Below, piece by piece: positions 49,740-60,917 of a stretch of DNA of 64,000 nucleotides. A program made the translations under genes and the position numbers. The stretch is from an uncultured Chthonomonadaceae bacterium (lineage in GTDB: Bacteria > Armatimonadota > Chthonomonadetes > Chthonomonadales > Chthonomonadaceae). Under the pieces are notes generated by a model. That model worked only from the letters and a program-made list of their open reading frames with translations. It was not told the origin of the DNA and made no database searches. The stretch is from positions 693,973 to 757,972 of the forward strand of contig CAWFQB010000002.1 of NCBI GenBank assembly GCA_963817895.1, given 5' to 3'. Numbering within the stretch: position 1 is the first letter of the stretch; each line of letters starts with the position of its first letter.

Positions 49740-50864
49740 CTACTCCTCCGACCTCGACGCGTTGGGCTTTCGCGTATAGGGGACATGCAGCATCTCCGCC
49801 GCTTTGCGCTTGGTAGCTTCGCCGCGCCTATCGTACCTGGCCGTTGTCGTCACATTGGAATGTCCTGCCAACTTCTGCACCGTGGCGATGTCCGCCCCCC
49901 TATCGAGAAGATCGCCCACAAACGTGCGGCGAAAGTCGTGCGGGCTGAAGTGTTCTACATTGGCTTGCTGCGCCCGCAACAGCAGCATTTTGTACAGGGC
50001 ATGGGTCGTTAGGCGTTCACTTTGCAGTCGTCCGCCTTTGCGACTGGACACGAACAGTGGCCCTTCCGCCTTGCCGCGTCTGGCAAGCCAATCGTCGAGC
50101 GCTGCCTGCGCCCCGCCGACAGTGGGAACCAGACGCTGCTTGTTGCGTTTGCCGCGCACTTTCAGGGTTCCCGCTGTCGCGTCATAATCCGCCACATCCA
50201 GCGTCACCAGTTCCGCTCTGCGCAAGCCGCAGCCATACAGCAGCGCGACAATGGCGCTGTCCCTTATGCCCAACGGTCCTTTGTCCTTGCCGCACACTTC
50301 CAGCAGCGACACCAACTCCCCCAGAGCGAGCGACCGTCCTGCCGGCAGGCTTTCCCCGATGACAGCGGAGATATCCACAGCTTTCTGGTACTCGTTGGCC
50401 TCGATCTGTCCCAGACGCCAGGCCGCTTTGAGAACGCCGCGCAGAGCCGAAAGCATCTTGTTGGCGGTGGAAGGCGCATACCGATCCGCCAGTTTGGAGC
50501 GGATGGCAGCCGTGTGCTGAAAACGGAGCTGGCCCCAGGGCAATTCCAGGGCGTTTTGCTGTCCACTTGTGAGCATTTGCGCCATCAGGTTCAGCGCGTC
50601 GCCCATCGTCCGGCGTGATCCTACCGAAAGTCCGGCCAGGTAGACTGCCGCCGCGTTCTGCTCCAGCGGTTGGGGCGTGATCAGCGTCAGAGGCGTTTCG
50701 GGAACAGAAACAAGCACCAGAGCCTGCATTCCCTCACGAACGGAGGCGTCTTCCTCTGGAATTGCCGCCTGCTCCAACGGCTCCGGAACCTCTGTATTCG
50801 GCTCATTTCCCTTCCTATTATAATAGGGGGCGGAAATCGCCTCCAACGTCTCGTCAGTGGTCAT
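49740..50864 (-). CDS. tyrosine recombinase (XerC/D-like)
   Basis: GLRRAE (R), GKRNK (K), HDFRR (HxxR), LAGHS (H), TARYD (Y). Confidence 0.93.
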   Translation of the reverse strand: MTTDETLEAISAPYYNRKGNEPNTEVPEPLEQAAIPEEDASVREGMQALVLVSVPETPLTLITPQPLEQNAAAVYLAGLSVGSRRTMGDALNLMAQMLTSGQQNALELPWGQLRFQHTAAIRSKLADRYAPSTANKMLSALRGVLKAAWRLGQIEANEYQKAVDISAVIGESLPAGRSLALGELVSLLEVCGKDKGPLGIRDSAIVALLYGCGLRRAELVTLDVADYDATAGTLKVRGKRNKQRLVPTVGGAQAALDDWLARRGKAEGPLFVSSRKGGRLQSERLTTHALYKMLLLRAQQANVEHFSPHDFRRTFVGDLLDRGADIATVQKLAGHSNVTTTARYDRRGEATKRKAAEMLHVPYTRKPNASRSEE

Positions 50865-52042
50865 CCGCCTCGCCCTCCTCTGCTGCGTCCACCTCGTCAT
50901 CTGGTGCCTCAGCAGCAGGGGATTTCTGTTCCTTCCCTCTGGTCTGATCTGCCTCTGCCTCCTGAAGAGCAAGCTGCTCTTTACCCTGGCGCACGGCCTG
51001 CTGCAAGCGGCGCTGCAGCAGTTCGGGCGGAAGATGCGCAGTGATGTACTCGGCCACGCGGATGTCGCCCCGATCCAGTTGCAGCAGCGCGAGTTGCTCC
51101 GGTCCGGCCTTCTCGCACAGGATCAGGCCAATGGGCGCTTCTTCGCCCGGCTCGCGTTCGTGCTTGTCCAGCCAGCGCAGGTAGAGTTCCAACTGTCCCT
51201 TGTGGGAAGGCTCGAACTCTCCCAGTTTCAACTCGATGGCGACCAGGCGGCGCAATTTGCGATGGTAGAGCAACAAGTCCAAGGAGAAGTCCTTCCCGTC
51301 AATGACCATGTGCTTCTGACGCGCGACAAAGGTAAAGCCCACGCCTAATTCCAGCAGGAAGGCTTCGATCTCACCAATAATGGCGTTTTCCAGGTCCCGT
51401 TCGCTGTGGTTGTCTGCCAGCCCAAGGAAGGCCAGCAGATACGGATTGCGAAACACCATCTCCGGCGTGATCCGGTCTTCGTCGCGCAGGGCGGCCAGTT
51501 CCTGTCGGATCATCTCTTGCGGGTTTTGGGCCAGGGCCGACCGTTCATAGAGCATGCTGTTGTATTTTGGCCCGCAAGGCGCGTACGCTCCAGCGCTCCA
51601 GGCGGCACATCTCTCCATAGAACTCGCGCTGCACGGGGTCGGGTAGATAGATCAGTTGCAGGAAGTGGGTCCAGGTCAATTGTCTAATCAGCGATGAGAC
51701 AATTGCATTGTCCGCGAACGCCTCGGCAAAGCGGATCATGTGGAAGAGGTTCTTGGCGCTGAAGCCGCGTCCGAACTCCTGCGTCAATTGTCTCGACAGT
51801 GTAGAGACAATTTGCTGCCCGTACTCGGCGCGCGCCAGATGCAGAATGTCCTGGCGGATGCGCTGGCCGATGTGCCAGTGCAGTAGGGTCAGTTCCGCAT
51901 TGACGGCCTGAGCGGCACGTTCGCGGGCGGACTGGATCAAGTGGCGAATATCGCCCAGCAGAACATCCTCGCCGGGCAAAGCAAGCGCGAACGTATCGTT
52001 GTCATCGGTCAGGGGCAGCGCATGCTGCGGATCATCGGACAT
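50854..52042 (-). CDS. DUF1016/YhcG PD-(D/E)XK nuclease domain protein (frameshift ~51563)
   Basis: VNAEL..L.W.IG, GRGFS..NL, WTH, WSVR.L in one frame; SMLYER, ELG.GF.FVARQ, DLL.YHR.LRRLVAIELK in the next. Confidence 0.9.
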
Positions 52043-52467
52043 CGGTTCTCATTTCCACCTGCGCCGCATAGCTCAAGCGTTCGTTGGAGTTGCTGAAACA
52101 CCTTTGAACACGCGCAGGCACATTTTCAGGGACTATCCACTAATTCACCACCGACAGGGCAAATACCTCTTTAGAAGTGTCATTCTCATTACCTATCCGA
52201 ACCAGACGAGCATAACGAAGATTTTGGACTGTCAGAGTTAAATGGCGTCTTCAAAAGCTGCCTGGGCATCCAGATAGTCAGGTCATCTTTTTGCTTCGCA
52301 ACAATTCTTCTCTCCCATGCTTTGGGGGAACAACCTCACTGGTGGATCGTCATGGAAGCAGAAATAGCGCTCCACCTGGCTATGAGCAGGAAAAGAGCAG
52401 GACGTTGTGCAAGCTACCCGCATTCCTACCAGCGTTCCGATAACGCGACAGAGAGAGAAAGCGAGAC

Positions 52468-53274
52468 ATGATTATGGACAGACGTACCTTCCTGGCCGGT
52501 TCCGTCGGCCTTGCAGGACTGACCGAAGCGCTGCCTTCCCCGGCCCTTGCCGCCAGTGCAGCTCAAAACCCGCCGACTGAATACTACGAGTTGCGCGCCT
52601 ATCATCTGCGCCAGGGAGGACCGCAGCCCAAGCGCCTGGATGACTTTTTGCGGGATGCGGCGATGTCGGCCTTCAAGCGGTTGGGGATCGGACCGGTGGG
52701 AGTCTTTCAAGTAGCGGTAGGACCGGACACCCCGACGACTTACGTCTTGATCCCACACACTTCACCTGAGTCTATTGTGACGCTGGCGGGCCGTCTGGCT
52801 GCGGATGCAGCCTACCAACAAGCCGGAGCCGCCTTTCTGGGCGCATCCCCCACAGAGCCAGCGTATGTGCGTCTGGAGAGTTGGCTGCTCAAGGCGTTTA
52901 CTGGAATGCCGAAACTGACGCCTCCTACCGCGGCGGCAACAAACGGTCCGCGTCTGTTCGAGTTGCGCACCTATGCCAATCCCACCGACAAGACCCATGC
53001 GCGCAAGATTGCCGCCTTCAACGAGGCCGAGATCGCCGTCTTCCAGCGAGCAGGGTTCCAGACCGTCTTTTTCGCGGAGGCGCTGATCGGCTCCAATCTG
53101 CCGCAGATTACGTATATGCTGGCGTTCGAAGACATGGCCGCCCGCGAGAAGTACTGGAACGCCTTCCGGGCGGATGCCGACTTCAAGAAGATGGCTGCCA
53201 CAGCGGAGTTTCAGGAGGAGGTCTCTAACATCACCAATATCGTTCTGCGCCCGGCTTCCTATTCACAGATTTAG
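52468..53274 (+). CDS. NIPSNAP family protein (two domains), Tat signal
   Basis: DRRTFL, YYELRAY and FELRTY, W.AFRAD, L.P..YSQI. Confidence 0.9.
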   Translation: MIMDRRTFLAGSVGLAGLTEALPSPALAASAAQNPPTEYYELRAYHLRQGGPQPKRLDDFLRDAAMSAFKRLGIGPVGVFQVAVGPDTPTTYVLIPHTSPESIVTLAGRLAADAAYQQAGAAFLGASPTEPAYVRLESWLLKAFTGMPKLTPPTAAATNGPRLFELRTYANPTDKTHARKIAAFNEAEIAVFQRAGFQTVFFAEALIGSNLPQITYMLAFEDMAAREKYWNAFRADADFKKMAATAEFQEEVSNITNIVLRPASYSQI

Positions 53275-53513
53275 CCGTCGCAGAAAGAAAGAGCGGTTGG
53301 AAGAGACAGGTCTGGCGAAGCGGCGCGGGAAAATCGCGCTGCTTCGGCCTGTGGAAGAAGCACACCGCGTGTCCCGTTGCGGCTGACAAGCCGCGCAACG
53401 GTCGCAGAAACAGCCGAGGAAGTGGTGAAAATTGGTGGATGTTGGCGGCAACCAAAAAAAGCGCAGCCAAATGGCGGACGGCGCAGGTGTTCTAAGCCAC
53501 GAATATTCTGCTG

Positions 53514-54002
53514 TTAATGGCGCTGTTGGCGACGCATCTCCTCGCGGCGCATGGGCATGGCGTCAATCAGACCAAACAGCCGGGTAGAGGAGATCGGCTC
53601 ACGGCTGCTGTACGCCTCATGTCCGTCTTTGCCAACCAAAACGACGCGAAATTGCCGTGGACCAACGTGGTAGCGTTGCCGCAGCGCCTTTTCGTCCCCG
53701 CCCCCGAACAAGCGGGTTCCCACGCGCCGCCCCTTGCCGTCGGCAAGCGCGTAGATCAGGATCAGGTCACGTTCGTTCAGACCAGCGGTTTTGTCCGCGA
53801 GCAAGGCAGACTGCTCCTGATAGCGCGCATCTTGCCGGCTCAGTGCAAATACCAGCAAGACCCGGTTCCTGCCCCGATACGGATCCAGAACGCCGCGAGC
53901 GTTGTGCTTATCTGCGGCTTGCGCACTGTTCACCACGCCCATTGCCAACAATCCCATGAGAAACAGCCGAACACCCCCTCTGGTCGCTGCTGTTGCTGCC
54001 AT
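53514..54002 (-). CDS. DUF4174 domain protein (exported)
   Basis: RNRVLLVFA, ERDL, FRVVLVGKDG.E, IDAMPMRREEM. Confidence 0.88.
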   Translation of the reverse strand: MAATAATRGGVRLFLMGLLAMGVVNSAQAADKHNARGVLDPYRGRNRVLLVFALSRQDARYQEQSALLADKTAGLNERDLILIYALADGKGRRVGTRLFGGGDEKALRQRYHVGPRQFRVVLVGKDGHEAYSSREPISSTRLFGLIDAMPMRREEMRRQQRH

Positions 54003-54146
54003 GTCTTTCCAGTTCCTTCCCTGATGATCTCGTTTGCCCACTCCCCATTTGGTATTACGGACGCGGAGAGGTTGTGTCGCCGGGGCGGGCAACAAGCGCG
54101 TCAAAAACGGGAAAGGCCCGTCTGCGCGTTTGAGGTTTCTCTCGGC

Positions 54147-55273
54147 CTATGGAGCGGCTTTCTCGGCGGGCGTTTTGGCCGTATCGCGGCTCAGGTACAC
54201 GCGGCTGTAGTTCCATTCGTAGAACTTGCCGATGAACGCCGAAGCGGGCAAAGGACGATTGACGCTGGCGATCTGCGTATGTCCCCAACCGCCATCAAAG
54301 AGGAAGACCATGTCTATGGGCGCATCCGTCTCCTTGCTGCCATACGTCCAATGGTAGTTCTCGCCGCTCTGCACCACAACGCCATCCACATACATCGCGT
54401 AGCTGTTGTCTTTCTTGTACAGCCAGGTCCAGATGTGGTACTGGCTGGCATCGTAGTGGGGGATGCCATGCAATGCCATCGCTTTGCCCCAATCCCCATA
54501 GTCGGTCGTGTCTTTGCCGGCTACGGCATTCGCGTGCCAGTAGCGCCCGTCGTAGTTGGTGTTGCCGCCGCCATTGTCGTAGCCAAAACTCTCCACCAGG
54601 TCCTGTTCTGCACCCTGGTTCCACTTGTTGCCCGCTGTCCACAGGGCAAACCAGAAGTAGGGCGGGGTCACATAGCGGACGCGGGTCTCCCAGACGATGT
54701 CCTGCCCCAGCAATGCCCCGCCATTGGGCAGTTTCCATTTTGCCATGAACGAACCGTTGCCGGCGTTGTGCTGAGAGGGAACGACTTCCATGGCTCCATG
54801 CAAAGGCGTCAGGAACGTTTTGAGCGAATCTGCCGTGAATTGCCGGACGGGCGGGCTGTCCACTCCTTCAAGGGGCTGATGGGGCAGCGCGTTTGCGGCA
54901 TCGGGCGCGACGGTGACCGCGCCATAGTTGGTGCCGTTGCCAATAGTGTTGAACTGGTCGTGGTAGACGAAGTGGGCGTTCATGTCGGCATAGTTGCAAT
55001 AGTGCCTTTCGTGCCGAAGTGCCAGTTCTTGACCAGCACCATGCCTGATCCGCCGATGCCGAAGGAGGGCTTGGGACCCACAGCGGGGCTTGCCACCGTT
55101 CCACCCCCGATGGTCTCCGGTGCTGTCTTCTTTGACTGGGAGCGCGTAGGCACGGCGAACCCCAGCAACAAGGTTGCGGTAACGAGCAAAAAGGATGCGC
55201 CCTTATGCACAGAGGACTTCGCGTGACGCGAAGCCAGACGCAGCGCCTGGAAAGAGGCTTGCCGAGAGTTCAT
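54147..55273 (-). CDS. secreted GH16/concanavalin-like beta-jelly-roll protein (frameshift ~54985)
   Basis: Signal peptide in 54980..55273 frame. WFALW, EQDLVE (ExDxxE), YHIW..L, YVDG in the 54147..54983 frame. Confidence 0.7.
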
Positions 55274-55419
55274 TCTAGTTGACCCGTCTTCCTGATGGGA
55301 ATGGGAGAGCGCGATAGGGATGATTGTACCCCTAACGGCGCAGGAGACAGAATTCGGCAACGAAAGTCTCAGGTAAGTACAGCCGTTGCAGAACAAGTGC
55401 GTCTGCGGTGCAACGCCCC

Positions 55420-55983
55420 TCACTTTGCATTTGCATCCGGCCGCACATATTTGTAGTAAGTGTTACGGGAGATGCTCAGGATGTCGCAGATTTCCTTGAC
55501 GCTGCGCGAGGGATCGTTCTTGAGGGCAAGAGCCGCTTTGCGCTTCCTCTCATCCACTCCCTTCGGACGCCCGCCTTTCCTTCCTCTTGCCCGCGCTGCC
55601 GCCAGTCCTGCATTCGTTCTTTCGCGGATAATGTCGCGTTCAAACTCCGCAAGGGAGGCGAAGATGTGGAAGATCAGCTTGCCGCCGCTGGTAGTAGTGT
55701 CTATGCTCTCCTGAAGGCTCCGAAACCCCACCCCACGTCCGACTAGTTCTCGCACGGTTTCCACCAGATGCGGCAGGGAGCGCCCCAGCCGGTCCAGCTT
55801 CCACACCACGAGGGTGTCTCCGGAGCGACATTCCATCAGCGCCCTGCTCAGTCCAGGGCGTTCCGTCTTGGCGCCACTTGCTGTATCCGTGTGGATGCGC
55901 TCACAGCCAATGGCCTGTAAGGCATCCTGTTGCAAGTCCAGGTTCTGATCCGAAGTGGACACGCGCGCATAGCCGATAAGCAT
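55420..55983 (-). CDS. serine recombinase (resolvase/invertase family)
   Basis: MLIGYARVST, RPGL, VWKLDRLGR, AEFER..I.ERT.AGL.AA.ARGRKGGRP, C-terminal HTH. Confidence 0.95.
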   Translation of the reverse strand: MLIGYARVSTSDQNLDLQQDALQAIGCERIHTDTASGAKTERPGLSRALMECRSGDTLVVWKLDRLGRSLPHLVETVRELVGRGVGFRSLQESIDTTTSGGKLIFHIFASLAEFERDIIRERTNAGLAAARARGRKGGRPKGVDERKRKAALALKNDPSRSVKEICDILSISRNTYYKYVRPDANAK

Positions 55984-56401
55984 TGCCGCCCTCCTTCCCT
56001 TTCTCTGTGCCTCCAAGCATCTGATAGCAGATTATATCATTGAACGCAGTGGAAGAACACTCTTCTGGTACGTAGATTTTGTAGAAGAGTTGAATGCTAT
56101 ATAGAAGAGCGGCAAAGGAGCAAAATACGTCAAGTCGGGGCAGAAGCAGGGTATACAAAAGAAGGGACCGATTTTTTGGTGCAGTGCCGTAGTTGACTGC
56201 TGTGGCAGTGCTAGCAGGTTTTCACGTCTAAAATTCGCAGACAGATGATGCTTTTCAGAGTTCCGATTGTTGCGAAGATATCGGTACTCAGAAAGGGGAT
56301 GAAAGATCGCTATCAGAAGTTCATTCGCCTATCCGCGATTGCAGATACTCTGTTGCAAAAGCGCCTGTTCACATCCCGAACAGAGGCCCCGGTGAACAAC
56401 G

Positions 56402-56647
56402 ATGCCCCACATAGAATTTGTACAACAGCCTTGTGATCCACTCCATTCTTTTGAATGTGCCTTGGGCGGTAAAGACCCCAAAACCGTAGTCGCCTATATA
56501 GCTACCGTGCGTGACCTAGTTGATTGGCTCGGCCCACATCACGACGGGTCACCTTTTAAAATGCAGTTGCTGAGACTTAAAGCGATCTACAAAATCGGGG
56601 AAGAAGCAAACTCTCCTGCTGGCTCGTCTCTCAAACGATCCTCATGA
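56402..56647 (+). pseudogene. possible remnant of an integrase N-terminal (SAM-like) domain
   Basis: GKDPKTVVAY...VRDLVDWL pattern, with no downstream catalytic domain. Confidence 0.35.
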
Positions 56648-56683
56648 AACACGAGTAGTTAAGTAAAAGCCCAAACCATGTCA

Positions 56684-58509
56684 TCAGTAAAACAGGCCAA
56701 TTTTCCTGATGATCTTCTCAAACCGGGAGTTCTCTCGCAGATATACAAAGCGGGGATCGATATGGATTAGAACGAGATCGCCCGGATGTTCGTCTAAGGC
56801 CGTATTTAGACAGTCCAGGGCCGCGTCGTGTTCTTCTAAACCAAGGTGAACTGTGGCTAAAGCGACCGGGGACACATAACAGCCCTCGGTCTCACGCTGC
56901 TCCTTAAGTTGTTGCAGCAAGTCGCGCGCTTCTTCGTGTTCCCCAGATTTTGCATAGGCATGGGCGATGCCTGCGCACAAAGCGGGGTTCTGCGGCCCCT
57001 CCAGCTCATCCGACAGCGCATTGGCACACCTAAACGCGCCAATGGCCTCCTCGAACTTATCGGCGGCTTCTTCCATCAGCCCGGCCTTCTGGCGTTCTAT
57101 CGCCTGCTGCTCATACGCTTTCCCCAGACAGTAATGAGTGAGGCAGTAGCGGGGAGCGTCTCTGAGGGCATCTCTGTACTTCTTAATCGCGTCGGCATAC
57201 AAACGATTATAGTAATATCGCTCCCCCACACTTTTACTCACAATCCCGCTCTGCGGCTCCAGATCCGACGCCGTTTTGATTTCTTGCAAACTTGGCTCTG
57301 TATAACCCCGCAGCATCAGGTGGTAACTGTACCATTGATGGGCCGTCGCGTTGCGCGGATCAAGTTGCAGCGCTTCGACAAAGGCTTCTTCAGCCGGAAA
57401 TCCACTCCCAATCGTAGATCATCTTGATCCATGCATCGGCGGTGAGAACGGCGGACCTTGTAGTATCTGATGCGTTGCCAATCCGCTCCCAGGCTTCCTG
57501 CACCCAGTGTTTTGCTTTCGCAACAGCCTCTCTCGGCTCCAGGTAACTGTAATAGCCAAGCAGGCTGTAGGCATCCGCCATTCCCGCGCAAGCGAGTACA
57601 TAGTTCGAATCTGCCTTCAGCGCCTTCTGAAACCATACGAGGCTTTCCAGCAGAGCCGGCTCGGCCCTCATTTTCCACAAGTACCGTCCGTGGTTGTAAG
57701 AAGCCACGGCTCTGGCATGGATGTTGTTACCGGATGCGGGACTGAGAACGGAAAGCGAAATGGAAGCGGTTGGCGCTACCACACGGGGACTCGGCCCAGC
57801 TTTCCAACAGAGCACACTCGTCCACCGAGAGAGGGGTCGCATTGGCCGTATGTTCCTCACAGAGAATTTTGAAGTCTGTTAAGGACAATCTACGAAAGGC
57901 ACTTGCCAGCATCTTCAACACTTGGACAAATTTCCCCTCGTACTCCCGGCGTGGCTCCTTGATCCAATCGTACTCGAAATGCGGCTTCTTACTCAAATCG
58001 GACTAAAATGCGGCGTCTTAGGATTATCGTACTCCGCTTCCTGACTGACCGGTACCTGACTGACCGCGTAGCCCAGCAGAAACTCGCCACGATACAGTTT
58101 GACGGCTGGTATCAAGAGCTTGATCGTTTCCGCCGCGTCAGTAACATTCTCTGCCTTGTTAAGAAGGTAATCGAAGTCATCTATATCGCGTGTAAACATA
58201 TGCGACTGTAAGCCCAGGGTGTAATCCCCGGAACTTTGTAAAAGTGTCTCCGGGGTAAGTTTGGGCATCTCCAAAATTTTGGTAAGTTTCGACATCGCCA
58301 CAGACAGACTGTTAGCCCGGTCGCCCGACCAGGGCCAAAAATTAGCCTCTAATTTGTGGCGGGGATGCTTGCCCGGGGTGTAAGCCAGAAACGCGAGCAA
58401 CTGGCACTCTTTGCTCCGATGTACCCGGGACAGCACGAACATCGTTTCGGTACACCTCAAACGTCCCCATCATCTGGAAACGCCATGGTTTCAGATCCTT
58501 CTCAGGCAT
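56684..58509 (-). pseudogene. SARP/BTAD-like winged-HTH + TPR regulator, multiply frameshifted
   Basis: MGTFEV, LLAFLA, FWP, LYRGEFL, then TPR fragments (GRYLW, DSNY.LA.AGMADAY, YVSP..LA.VHLGL, DPRF..LR) in at least four frames. Confidence 0.7.
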
Positions 58510-58801
58510 CTTGCCGCCTCCGTGTTCGCCGTTTTCACGCCCCGAACTTGCGCTTGGGAAAATTTCAGGCAAACAAAATGTATTCTTAACCCCTATTTCA
58601 CCCCACCTGCGCAATCATGTAGCAATGTTAGAAATTCTGGTCGAATTTCGTTGCACGGCTTTACTCTTCTAAGCGCAACTTCGCCAGACACAAGAACTTG
58701 GGATGCTATTTGCCAGCAAGTGCCCATTCTCCTTCTGCAACGGAAAAGACGGCGTGCAGAAATAGCTATCAGAACCAACTAGAACCGGAAGGAGGCTTAC
58801 A

Positions 58802-60041
58802 ATGTCGTTTGTAGCACCCCTGCGGGCTCTCACGCCCCCACAACGCAACGCGTTTCTGGCAAGTTTCTTCGGCTGGACACTGGACGCGTTCGATTTCTTT
58901 GTCCTTGTGTTCGTGATGAAAGATATCGCCAGAGGATTTCACGTCAGCAAGACACAGGTGTCGCTCGTCCTCACCCTGACGCTGGCCTGTCGTCCCCTCG
59001 GCGCCCTGCTTTTCGGCTGGGCCGCGGACCGTTACGGACGCCGCAATCTTTTGATGCTTAATATAGTTTGCTATTCGTGCATCAATCTCCTGTGTGGTTT
59101 TGCCCCTTCGCTGGCAGCTCTCTTTATTCTGCGGGCGCTGTTTGGCGTTGCTATGGGCGGTGAGTGGGGGCTGGGGGCTTCCCTGGCGATGGAGAGCGTG
59201 CCAAAAGCCAGTCGTGGGCTGCTGTCCGGCATGCTTGCAAGAAGGCTATGTGGTGGGCTATCTCCTGGCAGCCGTGGCTTACGCACTCGTCTATCCTGCC
59301 CTGGGCTGGCGCTGGATGTTCTTCATCGGCATCCTGCCTGCGCTGCTGTCGCTCTTCATCCGCTTCAAGGTACAGGAATCGCCGGTATGGGAACAGCAAA
59401 AACAGCAGGTGCTGCACGGAAACGTCCCGGCCCAGAACATCGGGAGTCTGCTGCGTGAGCATAGCAAACTCTTTGCGTACCTGGTTCTGCTGATGACCGC
59501 GTTCACCTTCATGTCGCACGGCACACAGGATATGTATCCCACATTCCTTGAGGTGCAGCACAAATTTTCTGCTGGCACGGTCAGCCTTATTGTCATCATC
59601 TACAACGTGGGTGGGATGCTGGGCGGGATCTTCTTCGGGGCGCTTTCGCAGCGCATCGGACGCCGCAAGGCGATTGTCCTTGCGGCGCTGCTCGCCCTGC
59701 CGATCATTCCCCTGTGGACGTACTCGCATACTGCTGCGATGCTGGCTGCGGGCGCCTTCTTGATGCAGTTCATGGTGCAGGGAGCCTGGGGCGTGATCCC
59801 CGTCCATTTGAGCGAACTCTCCCCCAACGCGCTGCGCAGCACGTTCACAGGACTCGCTTACCAGTTGGGGAATCTCCTCTCGTCGCTCAACGCGCCGCTG
59901 CAAACGCATCTGGCCGAACAGCACGGGGACGACTATGCGCGCGCCCTGTCCAGCGTCATGGTCCTCGTTTTGTTAGCGGTCGCTCTAGTAACCGCCTTCG
60001 GACGCGAGAAGCGGGACGCGCAGTTTCTAAACTCGGAATAA
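58802..60041 (+). CDS. MFS transporter, sialate/carboxylate:H+ symporter (SHS)-like (frameshift ~59235)
   Basis: GWTLDAFDFF, RPLGA..FG..ADRYGRR, GGEW, QEGY..GY, SHGTQD.YPTFL, QGAWGVIP.HL.EL. Confidence 0.9.
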
Positions 60042-60061
60042 GAGGAGTACCAGCACCGCTG

Positions 60062-60163
60062 CTAGTACTCCGTCAAGGTAGAACGCAGGGATAGATTTTG
60101 AGCCATTCGGCGTACCGCTAACCTCGAAAGCTATCCATAGAAACTACCTTGACGGACTACTAG
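60062..60163. mobile_element. 102-bp MITE/IS remnant bounded by CTAG and inverted repeats
   Basis: ctagtactccgtcaaggtag ... ctaccttgacggactactag (19/20 inverted match). Confidence 0.7.
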
Positions 60164-60392
60164 TGCCGCCATATCCATAAAAGGAGGTGAGGAACAGGGG
60201 GTTTCTGGAGCTCATCTACGATGTCGTGTCTACGATGGGCTGTCCGACACAAACCACTACCTATGCCGAAGCCCTGCTCTATGGAAGAACTTTGGAATGG
60301 AGTCGAAGGCGCGCTTTGCATTATGGGCGTACTAACAACTCCTGAAGCGCGGCTCCTTGACATGCACCCAGATTTGAGTAGCAGAGGAAGAG

Positions 60393-60770
60393 TGTGGACT
60401 TCCATCATGAAAATGGGGAGGACAAGTGAGCCTCCAAGTCAAATAACGAGGGCAAAGAGACGAGCAAGATGAAGCAGTAACATTTTACCAGCAAGCAGAT
60501 CGTGGCGATCCTGAGGCAGGCCGAAAAAGGCGTGAATCCGATTGTCGAGGCCTGCCGCGAACATGGTATCACAGAGAACACGTACTACCGCGCCTTTCCC
60601 TGCGTTGTACTTCGTGTGGACACCCGGCGCAATAAGTTCGGCATCATGAGCGCTAGGGGAGTACAGCGGCTGCGCGACTTGGAGAAAGAGAACGCGCACC
60701 TCAAGAAACTCCTCCCCGAGTTGGATCTGGAAGTGGATGCCTGCAAGGACTTGCTGGCAATAAATGTTAG
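60393..60770 (+). pseudogene. IS3-family orfA remnant
   Basis: MKQ*HFTSKQIVAILRQAE...CREHGITENTYYR [insertion] RNKFG...RLRDLEKENAHLKKL. Early TAA, no orfB. Confidence 0.8.
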
Positions 60771-60917
60771 GCACTCCTCACGTGGGGGCAGGTCACTTCC
60801 AAAGGTAGGTTGGGAATACGCCCGCTCCTCACCTTCTGAATTGTCCAGATTTGGAGGAATGTGTCAGGCTCTACAAATAGTTCGCAGCCAACTTATGCAA
60901 TAGAGGAAACAACTGTA

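Noticed and set aside
53517..55226. 569-aa plus-strand ORF
   Set aside because: Antisense shadow of the DUF4174 and GH16-like genes; no motifs.
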